From an uncultured Acidobacteriota bacterium (GTDB lineage: Bacteria > Acidobacteriota > Thermoanaerobaculia > Multivoradales > JAHEKO01), in NCBI GenBank assembly GCA_963713825.1, contig CAVQNG010000022.1, positions 1 to 36,745 of the forward strand: a DNA stretch of 36,745 bases, read 5' to 3'. The translations under genes and the position numbers were made by a program. The notes beneath the pieces were generated by a model that saw only the letters and a program-made list of their open reading frames with translations, had not been told where the DNA came from and searched no databases. Shown piece after piece: positions 1 to 9,990 of this stretch; position 1 is the first letter of the stretch; each line of letters starts with the position of its first letter.

Positions 1-154
1 GATCGACCGACTCACAACTGCGATCGGCGGATTGAATCTGCTGTGGCGTGCTCGACGCGGCCGAGCTCGGGGTCCTCGGTCGGTACACCTCACCCATGCC
101 GCCTTCACCCAGCTTGGCGGTGATTCGGAAGTGGGAGAGGGTTGTGCCGATCAC
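1..154 (-). pseudogene. N-terminal remnant of a Ser/Thr kinase (Gly-rich loop only), frameshifted and truncated
   Basis: GTG at 154-152 overlaps the TGA of the upstream kinase (GTGA). It reads MIGTTLSHFRITAKLGEGGMGEVYR, then one base is missing near 80, and the shifted frame gives (A)EDPELGR. Kinase similarity is lost after about 57 and there is no VAIK. The original frame stays open to the window edge. Confidence 0.75.
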
Positions 155-2850
155 GGTCGCCTGAGATCGTTCTGCCAGTTGAGAACGAGGGCCATGGGCT
201 GTTGGTTCTGTTGCTCTTTCTGCTCGGTCTGCTTGACGACCAGGAATCGCTGACCGTCGGCGGTCACATCGTAGTCGAAGCCGTCGTTGAAGGGTCCGAG
301 CTCGAAAAGTGTTTCGGTGGCACCGACCTGGAAGGTGTCGCCCGAGCCGTCGACTTTGGTGGCCATCAGGGTGCCTTCGGCGGTCAGATAGAAGATCTCG
401 CTGCCATCGCGGCTCCAGCGTGGCCAGTCACCGCCGTCCGAGATCTGCCATTTGCGTCCGCCGCCAGGGAACGGGGTGACATAGATCTCCCATTGCCCGG
501 AATCGTCTCCCGCCCAGGCGAGCCACTGGCCGTCCGGAGAGACCATCGGGACCGTGTCGTTGAACTTCGTAGGCTGGAGGGGGATGGGCTCGCCCTCACC
601 CTGGACATCCCAGGCGAACATGTCTTCGCTGGTGCCGGTGTTGACTTGATAGATCAGGTAGCGACCGTCGGGGCTCCAGCTGGAGGGATAGCTCGTGCCT
701 TCTTGTTCGCGCAGGAGCTGCTCTTCGCCACCGCCGGTCATGGATTTCGCATAGAGCTGGAACGAGCCGGATCGGTTGGAGCTGAAGGCGATCGTATTCC
801 CATCCGGGGACCAGGCGACAAAGTAGTCTGCGCCGGTTTCGAAGGTGAAACGCGTCTCCAGCTCGCGATCGAGATCGAGCTGCCAGAGATCGGTGTTGCC
901 GCTTTCGAAGTCGGCTTTGCTGACGATGGCCTGATTGCCCACGGGTGACAGCTGCACCTCGATGTAGGAGTCGGGAGCGCCGATTTCGGAGAGGATCTCG
1001 CCCGAGCGGGACCTCCACTGCAGATTCGCCAGTACCGACTCACGGGCAGAACCCATCTGGTAGGCCAGGGTCCCCTGGTCGCTGACGGAAAATGAGCCGA
1101 GAACCGCTCCCATGTCGACATAGATGTTCTCGGCGAGTGGGAAGGCGTCGCCGGTAGTTTGTCGAGTCTCGGCATCGAAGGGTCGGGCCATCAACGTCTG
1201 ATCGAAGACGTAGAGGAGATGTCCCGCGGCATACTCGACGTTGGAGGTCGCCGGCATCAGCTCACTGACTTCGCCCGCCAACGAGCCGATCTTGATGCTG
1301 CTGTTCGAACCGGCTCCACCGCCCCCGGCCCGGGCCACGAATAGGAAGTGGTCGCCATTGGGTAGGAAGCGGGGGTGACGATGGCTGTCCTCTCCGAGCT
1401 TGGCGTCGAACTCGGTGAGCTCGACCGACTCTCCTCCTGCCGCGCTGACCTTGTGCAAAGGAGAGTTGTGGCTCGGCGCAAAGACGATGGTGCCGGCATC
1501 GTTCCAGGCGCCGCCTTTGCCGTTGGACGCCTCGCACAGGGCCATGGCCGGTCCACCGGTCGCCTCGATCTTCTTCAGCTTGCCGCCGGCGAAGAAGCCG
1601 ATGTGTCGACTGTCGGGGGACCAGAACGGGTAGAGGGCACCTTCGGTTCCAGTCAACGGCCTGGATTCCAGCTCGTCGAGGTCGCGGATCCAAAGCCGTT
1701 CGACCCCATCCTCACCGCGGATGCCGAAGGCCAAGGTGCGCCCATCGGGGGAAACCGCCACCGGGGCAGGGTAGTCCGAGCCCAGATTGAACTCTCCCCC
1801 TGGCGGAGCCGGAATGGACGCCCGCGTCGTTGGCTGCGGAGGAACTGGGTCTTGCGGCCAGAAGGCGATGGTCGCGGCCCCAACGATGGCCGATGCGGCG
1901 ACTGCCCAGGGGAGTAGCCGGCGCCAGGTGGGTAGCGGAGCGTAGTTGGCTGTGGCGGCTTGGGCCTTGGCAGCCTCAGGATCGGCCAGATAGCCGGCGA
2001 TGGCGATTCGAGCCTCGCCGATGGCCTGGAGCCGATCGTTGATCTCCTTCTGGAGACAGCGGTCGAGCAGGTTGCGGACGACCGGAGGCACGTCGGCGGG
2101 TAGCGCCTCCCATTCGGGCTCGCGGGCCAGGATTCCGGCCAGGGTGTCGGAGATGGTCTTGCCGGCGTAGACGGTCTGCCCGGTCAGCATCTCCATGACA
2201 ACGGCACCAAAGGCCCAGATGTCGGCTCGGCGGTCGGCGGCTTCGCCGCGGGCCTGCTCGGGGCTCATATAGGCAGCAGTGCCCAGCAACACCCCGGCTC
2301 CAGTGTTCATCTGCGCAGTCAGGGTAGGCGACAGGGAGAGAGAGGGGTGGCTCGGATCCGAGTCCGAACCGGCTCCGGACTCGAGAGCCTTGGCGAGGCC
2401 GAAGTCGAGAACCTTGATCTTGCCGCTTTCGGTGAAGTTGATGTTGGCCGGTTTGAGGTCCCGGTGCACGATGCCTCGGTCGTGGGCCGTTTCCAGGGCT
2501 TCGGCGATCTGCAAGGCAATGGTCATGGCTTCATCGAGGGACAATCGGCCTCGCTTGATCCTCTCAGCGAGAGTCTCGCCCTCCACCAGCTCCATGACCA
2601 GGAAGTTGTGGTCGTCGTCGTGCTCGACCTGGTAGATCGCGGCGATGTTGGGGTGATTCAGCGATGCCAGCACCTGGGCCTCGCGGCTAAAGCGAGCCAT
2701 GCGCTCGGCATCCTGCGCGAAGAGCTCGGGCAGCACCTTGATCGCCACCTCGCGTCCGAGCTTGGTGTCCTCGGCACGGTACACCTCGCCCATGCCGCCC
2801 TCGCCCAGCTTGCCGGTTATCTTGAAATGAGCCAGAGTCTCACCAATCAT
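151..2850 (-). CDS. Hanks-type Ser/Thr protein kinase with TM helix and C-terminal PD40/TolB-like beta-propeller repeats
   Basis: 899 aa. Motifs GEGGMG, VAIK, HRDLKPAN, DFG and YMSPE; TM segment LLPWAVAASAIVGAATIAFW; repeated (W/V)SPDG motifs; GAGGAG SD upstream. Confidence 0.95.
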   Translation of the reverse strand: MIGETLAHFKITGKLGEGGMGEVYRAEDTKLGREVAIKVLPELFAQDAERMARFSREAQVLASLNHPNIAAIYQVEHDDDHNFLVMELVEGETLAERIKRGRLSLDEAMTIALQIAEALETAHDRGIVHRDLKPANINFTESGKIKVLDFGLAKALESGAGSDSDPSHPSLSLSPTLTAQMNTGAGVLLGTAAYMSPEQARGEAADRRADIWAFGAVVMEMLTGQTVYAGKTISDTLAGILAREPEWEALPADVPPVVRNLLDRCLQKEINDRLQAIGEARIAIAGYLADPEAAKAQAATANYAPLPTWRRLLPWAVAASAIVGAATIAFWPQDPVPPQPTTRASIPAPPGGEFNLGSDYPAPVAVSPDGRTLAFGIRGEDGVERLWIRDLDELESRPLTGTEGALYPFWSPDSRHIGFFAGGKLKKIEATGGPAMALCEASNGKGGAWNDAGTIVFAPSHNSPLHKVSAAGGESVELTEFDAKLGEDSHRHPRFLPNGDHFLFVARAGGGGAGSNSSIKIGSLAGEVSELMPATSNVEYAAGHLLYVFDQTLMARPFDAETRQTTGDAFPLAENIYVDMGAVLGSFSVSDQGTLAYQMGSARESVLANLQWRSRSGEILSEIGAPDSYIEVQLSPVGNQAIVSKADFESGNTDLWQLDLDRELETRFTFETGADYFVAWSPDGNTIAFSSNRSGSFQLYAKSMTGGGEEQLLREQEGTSYPSSWSPDGRYLIYQVNTGTSEDMFAWDVQGEGEPIPLQPTKFNDTVPMVSPDGQWLAWAGDDSGQWEIYVTPFPGGGRKWQISDGGDWPRWSRDGSEIFYLTAEGTLMATKVDGSGDTFQVGATETLFELGPFNDGFDYDVTADGQRFLVVKQTEQKEQQNQQPMALVLNWQNDLRRP

Positions 2851-2997
2851 TCGTCAACTCCTCGAGCCGGCGGATGTCTTCACAATCCGCACGTTGAGCT
2901 CCGATCGCAGGATGTAACGGAACTTGTTGGCGCCTATTGTATGACGGAACGGTTGTAACGGGGGCCGTCCGCATTGGCGAGCGAGCGAGTCGAGGTT

Positions 2998-5241
<2,244 letters not shown>

Positions 5242-5713
5242 TGGTATTCCGCTCCAAGCGGCCGGGTTCTCTCGAGTCCGATCATCGAAAATTCAGCTCG
5301 CCCCGTTGTCGTTTCGTCGCTCTTGGCGGTGCTACTGGATTGTACTTCACTCCGAGGCGACCATCGTTGCAGCCTGCGTTGGAGTAGAATGCCTCAAATT
5401 CTGCGACAGCGACGCAAGAGGTTCGGTCGCCACGGCGGTCCGTCGGCATGACGGCCGTTTCAAGAGGAGTCACGCATGATCGGAACGACATTGGCGCATT
5501 TCAAGATCACCGGCAAGCTCGGTGAGGGTGGCATGGGTGAGGTCTATCGAGCTGAAGACAGCAAGTTGGGTCGGGAAGTGGCGATCAAGGTGCTACCAGA
5601 GTTGGTGGCCGGTGACGCCGAGCGCATGGCTCGTTTCGAGCGTGAAGCCAAGCTCCTCGCGGCCCTCAACCACCCCAACATCGGCGCGATCTATTCCCTT
5701 GAATCGCCGGACA

Positions 5714-5778
5714 GGCGGGGGCAAGCCCCGCTCCTACAGAGACCGATGCCGATGTAGGGGCGCCCCTTGCGGGCGCCC
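5714..5778. repeat. Back-to-back pair of GTAG-family REP hairpins (REP doublet)
   Basis: Minus strand 5738-5714 reads TGTAG-GA-GCGGGG-CTTGC-CCCCGC-C. Plus strand 5753-5778 reads TGTAG-GGGCGCCC-CTTGC-GGGCGCCC. Both have a GTAG foot, a GC stem and the same CTTGC loop. Confidence 0.8.
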
Positions 5779-5791
5779 GGGAGGGGGCGAG

Positions 5792-5819
5792 CCCAGGACC
5801 CAAGGCCCAAGACCCAGGT
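5792..5819 (+). repeat. Heptamer tandem repeat (CCCARGN)x4
   Basis: cccagga cccaagg cccaaga cccaggt, read directly from the sequence. Confidence 0.75.
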
Positions 5820-8273
5820 CTCCCGATCCACTTTCTCGTCCTGGAGCTCATCGAGGGCGAATCCCTCGCCGAGATCCTGGCGCGGGGCCCTCTCGGTCTC
5901 GAGAAGGCGATGCAGGTCGGGCAGCAGGTGGCCCTGGCCTTGGAGTCGGCCCACGACAAGGGGGTCATTCATCGTGACCTGAAACCGGCCAACGTCATGC
6001 TGACCCAGAATGGAAGCGTCAAGGTGCTGGATTTCGGTCTGGCCAAGGCCTGGGACGTAGAAGAGACCTCGGGCAGCGCTCCGCTGATCAGCCGTTCGCC
6101 AACCCTTACGCAAGGGATGACCGAGGTCGGCGTGCTGCTCGGTACCGCGGCCTACATGAGCCCGGAGCAGGCGCGCGGCAAGCCGGTCGACAAGCGATCG
6201 GACATCTGGGCCTTCGGCGCCGTGCTGCTCGAGACCCTGACCGGGCGCAAGGCCTTCGGCGGCGACACGATCACCGACATGATCGCTGCGGTCGTAGCGC
6301 GAGAGCCAGAGTGGGAGAGGCTACCGGCCGGTACTCCAAAAGCAGTGACTCGCCTGCTACGCCGCTGCCTCGAGAAAGACCAGGAGCAGCGCTTACGTGA
6401 CATTGGCGATGCGCGGTTGGAGCTCGAGGAGATGCTGGCCAATCCAGAAAGTCTGCACGCCGAGCCCGAGGTTGTGGCAGCATCTTCCAAGACCAGCCTG
6501 CTGTGGAAGGTTGGCGTCGCGGCACTGGCATTGCTGACAATGGGTCTGGGCTTTGCGCTGTGGCGTGCCAGTCAACCGGAACCGCAGCAGATCACCCGCG
6601 CCTTCATCCCGGCCCCGACTGGAGGGGATTACGACCTGGCCACCGACTATCCTGCCCCCGTGGCCGTCTCTCCGGATGGCCGTACTCTGGTTTTCGGGGT
6701 GCAGGAGGAAGAGATCAAGAGCCTTTGGGTGCGTGACCTCGACGACCTCGAGGCTCGCCCGCTGGCTGGAACCGAGGGGGCCATGTATCCGTTCTGGTCA
6801 CCTGACAATCGCCACATCGGTTTCTTCGCTCAAGGCAAGCTCAAGAAGATCGAAGTCGCCGGCGGTCCAGCGATGAGCCTCTGCGATGCTCCCAACGGCA
6901 AGGGAGGCAGTTGGAACGCAGATGGGATCATCGTCTTCGCGCCAGCCCACACCACAAACCTGCAGAGTGTGTCGTCCGCCGGAGGTGAGCCTACGGATGT
7001 CACCTCGGTCGACCCTGAGAAGGGTGAAGACAGCCACCGGCATCCGCGGTTTCTACCGGATGGGGAGCATTTCCTCTACGCCGCCCGTGTCGGTTTTGGA
7101 GGTTCGAGTGAAAACAGCCGGTTGATGATCGGTTCGCTGTCAGGCGAGTCCCGGGAGTTGATGCCCGGCTCCTCCAACGTCGAGTTCGCAGCCGGACATC
7201 TCCTCTACGTGTACGAGCGAACCCTGATGGCGCGGCCGTTCGATGCCAGTCAACTCGAGCTCACGGGGGATGCCTTTCCAATCGCCGAGGAGGTCTGGGG
7301 CGACCAGGGAGCCTTGCTGGGAGTCTTTTCAGCTAGCGAGAACGGAGTTCTCGCCTACCAGACCGGCACACCGCGCGAAGACGTGAACTCGCAACTGCAG
7401 TGGTTCGATCGCTCGGGCCAGATGCTGGGTGAGGTAGGAACTCCGGACCCCTACGCCGAAGTGAGCATCTCGCCGGATGGAACTACGGCGGTGGTCAACA
7501 AGAGGGATCCAGGGAGCTCCAATCGGGACCTCTGGCTGGTGGACCTGGAACGGCAGCTCAAGACGCGGTTCACCTTCGATCCGGCTCAGGATTGGATCGG
7601 TGTTTGGTCGCCGGACGGAGCCCGGATCGCGTTCAGCTCTGAGCGCAGCGGCACCGGGGACCTCTACGTCAAGTCGGTCACAGGTGGAGGTGAAGCGGAG
7701 CTGCTCTACGACGACGACACGCAGAAGTACCCGGCCTCCTGGAGCGGGGATGGACGGTATCTGTTCTACGAATCGTGGGGCTCCGGTGGGGAGTCCAACC
7801 TGTTCGCCCTCGATCTCGAAGAAGGCGGCGAACCAATGGCGATTCAGGCCTCCAACTTCTCCCAGAGAGTCCCAGTAATCTCACCCAATGGTCGATGGCT
7901 CGCCTACTCCAGCAACGAATCGGGACACAATGAGATCTATGTCACCGCCTTTCCTGAAGGTGGCAGAAAGTGGCAGGTCTCCACGCAGGAAACCGGCTAC
8001 GCGCGCTGGGGAAGCGACGAGGACCTCTTCCTGATGGGCCCCACGGGTGAGCTGCGGATTGCTGAGGTCGACGGCTCGAGTGAGACCTTTCGAATAGGCC
8101 CTATTCGGAAGATCGCCGACTTCAGGCTCCAGACTCTCGGTTTCGACTTCGACCCTTCGCCCGACGGTCAGCGAATCTTGATTTCGCAAGTCCTCGAAGA
8201 GGAGGGGCAGGGCGCCAAGATGAATCCCATGACCCTCGTCCTAGGCTGGACCGCGGACCTCGAGCGGCCTTAG

Positions 8274-8317
8274 AGGCCGCCTCCTTTCGGGGCCTTGGGT
8301 CCGGGGCTGGGCCCTGC
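8274..8317 (+). repeat. GC-rich hairpin and reverse-complement copy of the heptamer repeat directly after the kinase stop
   Basis: aggcc...ggcct stem at 8274-8295. 8290-8308 (gggccttgggtccggggct) matches the reverse complement of 5790-5808 at 18/19 positions. Confidence 0.6.
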
Positions 8318-8369
8318 GTGCTAAGGTTGCGCCAGTTCTGAGAACCAAAGAAGTGGAAGGAGGAGCGGT

Positions 8370-8825
8370 ATGACTGCTGCTGAATCGATGGGTGTCGGGC
8401 CTCGCCCGAAAGCGCCGATGCACCTTTGGATTGTCGGTGTTCTGGCTCTATTGTGGAACTTCATGGGGGCCTTCGACTACCTGGCCACCCAGCTGAAGCT
8501 CGAGTCCTACATGGGCAACTTCTCCGAGGAACAGCTGGAGTACTTCTACGGCATACCCGCCTGGGCCGTATCGGGCTGGGCCATCGCCGTTTGGATCGGC
8601 CTCGTCGGCACGGTGGGACTCCTCCTGCGCCGCAAGTGGTCGGTCCTGGCGTTCGCCATCTCCCTGGCCGGTCTCGCCATCAGCTCGATCTACACGCTTT
8701 TCCTGTCGAATGGGCTCGAGATCAACGGAACGACAGGGATCATCATGACTGTGGTCATCTTCGTCGTGTCGATCTTTCTGGTCTGGTACTCCAAGCAGCA
8801 GGCGAAGGCTGGAATTCTCACCTAG
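8370..8825 (+). CDS. Hypothetical integral membrane protein (about 4 TM helices)
   Basis: 151 aa with four hydrophobic segments and a GGAGGAG SD. A candidate extended -10 (TGcTAAGGT) lies at about 8319-8327. Confidence 0.85.
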   Translation: MTAAESMGVGPRPKAPMHLWIVGVLALLWNFMGAFDYLATQLKLESYMGNFSEEQLEYFYGIPAWAVSGWAIAVWIGLVGTVGLLLRRKWSVLAFAISLAGLAISSIYTLFLSNGLEINGTTGIIMTVVIFVVSIFLVWYSKQQAKAGILT

Positions 8826-8916
8826 TCGGGCAGTGAGCAGGTCGAGTCTCGTTGTCGCGGTCGCGCTGGTCTGAGTGGCTGCCGGCAGCATCGCAGCCGG
8901 TAGGGAGCTTCTTGAT

Positions 8917-9312
8917 ATGAACGATTTCGCAGAACGCTACACGGCTGCGTGGTGCAGCCAGGATCCGGCCGCCGTGGCGGTGTTTTTCTCTGACGATGGC
9001 TCTTTGACCGTCAACGGTGGTGAGCCTTCCGTGGGTCGGGAGGCCATTACTGAGGCGGTCCGAAGTTACATGACGGCTTTTCCCGACCATGTGCTGCATT
9101 TCGACAAGCTCGAGGAGCATGAGGGTCGGGTGCGCTTTCACTGGACCTTCGAGGGCACCAACACCGGACCCGGAGGCACGGGCAACCGGGTCCGCTTCAG
9201 CGGCTTCGAGGCGTGGCTGATCGGTGAAGACGGCCTGATCCAGGATTCACAGGGTAGTTACGACGAGGCCGACTACCAACGCCAGCTCCAGGCAGACCCG
9301 GGAACGGATTAG
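8917..9312 (+). CDS. SnoaL-like / NTF2-family ester cyclase protein
   Basis: Motifs YTAAW, GREAI, AFPD and WTFEGTNTGP...TGNRVRFSG are typical of SnoaL-like domains. ATG at 8917 has GGGAG upstream. An upstream in-frame extension is discussed in the findings. Confidence 0.85.
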   Translation: MNDFAERYTAAWCSQDPAAVAVFFSDDGSLTVNGGEPSVGREAITEAVRSYMTAFPDHVLHFDKLEEHEGRVRFHWTFEGTNTGPGGTGNRVRFSGFEAWLIGEDGLIQDSQGSYDEADYQRQLQADPGTD

Positions 9313-9349
9313 AGAAGATCGGTTCTATCGGGCGCGCAGCGTCAGAAGG

Positions 9350-9856
9350 TCACTCGTCCTCGTCGGCAGAGGGACCGTAGAGCGCCGGCAGCGGCAGGTC
9401 GTTGAGGCGCAGATACACCGTCAGCTGACCGCGATGATGAATCATGTGATTCATGATGAAGCTGCGGAGGACGGCTACCTTCGGAAACGTCAGGACCTCC
9501 TCGCCGGCCTTGAGCAGGGACCAGGAGGCCATGAGGGTTTCATCGCTGGCGTTGGCGATGGCTTCGCGAGCCGCCGCAACGTTGGCGTCGAACATCTCGA
9601 GGGCACCCTCGACCGTCTCCACCGGTTCTTCCTTGATCGGCTCCTCGCCCTCCGGCGCCATGTCGAAGCTGGACTCGTTGATGGTCATCACGGACCACTT
9701 CGGCATATTGGCCATGTGCGTCAGCATGCCGCGCAGATCGAACGACTTCTCATGCGGTCGCCAATCGAGCTTGTCGTTGGGGATCCGTTCCAGGGCCTTG
9801 CGGGTGTTGGCCATCTCGTGGTCGAACTCAGGCAGTAGGGCTTGGGCTATCGTCAT
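9350..9856 (-). CDS. DinB/YfiT-family protein
   Basis: Motifs TRKALERIP, WRPHEKS, early His, and NHMIHHRGQLTVYLRL. Start reassigned to ATG 9856, which follows an AAGGAGG SD. Confidence 0.9.
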   Translation of the reverse strand: MTIAQALLPEFDHEMANTRKALERIPNDKLDWRPHEKSFDLRGMLTHMANMPKWSVMTINESSFDMAPEGEEPIKEEPVETVEGALEMFDANVAAAREAIANASDETLMASWSLLKAGEEVLTFPKVAVLRSFIMNHMIHHRGQLTVYLRLNDLPLPALYGPSADEDE

Positions 9857-9990
9857 GGGAACCTCCTTGTTTGTTGGGTGGGCAAGGCTAGCACTTTTCG
9901 AATGTGGCAACGGGGCCTGCTGTTGCACGGGAGTTAGTGCGGTATCCTGTGGCGCGCATCCTGTTACATACGTTGGAAGGGATCAGGCGG

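Larger units (their letters stand above)
5476..8273 (+). pseudogene. Ser/Thr kinase with TM helix and PD40/TolB-like propeller, split by a 1-nt frameshift (5703-5754) at a REP-derived insertion; intact at about 932 aa if the indel is an assembly error
   Basis: Frame 1 (5476-5757) encodes the Gly loop, VAIK, alphaC and HPNI. Frame 3 is open from 5703 to 8273 and encodes HFLVLELIEG, HRDLKPAN, DFG, YMSPE, a TM helix and SPDG repeats. The span is 2798 nt, one base short of a multiple of three. Close paralog of 151-2850. Confidence 0.85.

Noticed and set aside
5242-5475. Riboswitch or ncRNA in the divergent kinase intergenic region
   Set aside because: Only short scattered complementarities are present, and I recognise no aptamer consensus. 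An Rfam/Infernal search would settle it.
5476-5757. 93-aa ORF and 787-aa ORF (5910) as two independent genes
   Set aside because: They are consecutive parts of one kinase domain in different frames.
5703-5830. Insert as an intein, intron or IS element
   Set aside because: It is too short, and has no Cys/Ser...His-Asn intein ends, no group I/II core, no transposase and no evident target-site duplication.
8872-8874. Selenocysteine recoding of the TGA
   Set aside because: The position is within a signal-peptide-like stretch rather than a redox motif, I could not identify a SECIS, and TGA serves as a normal stop in many genes here.
9905-9927. Sigma-54 promoter (TGGCAAC...CTGC) upstream of the kinase at 9991
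   Set aside because: The GG-to-GC spacing is one base longer than the strict -24/-12 requirement.
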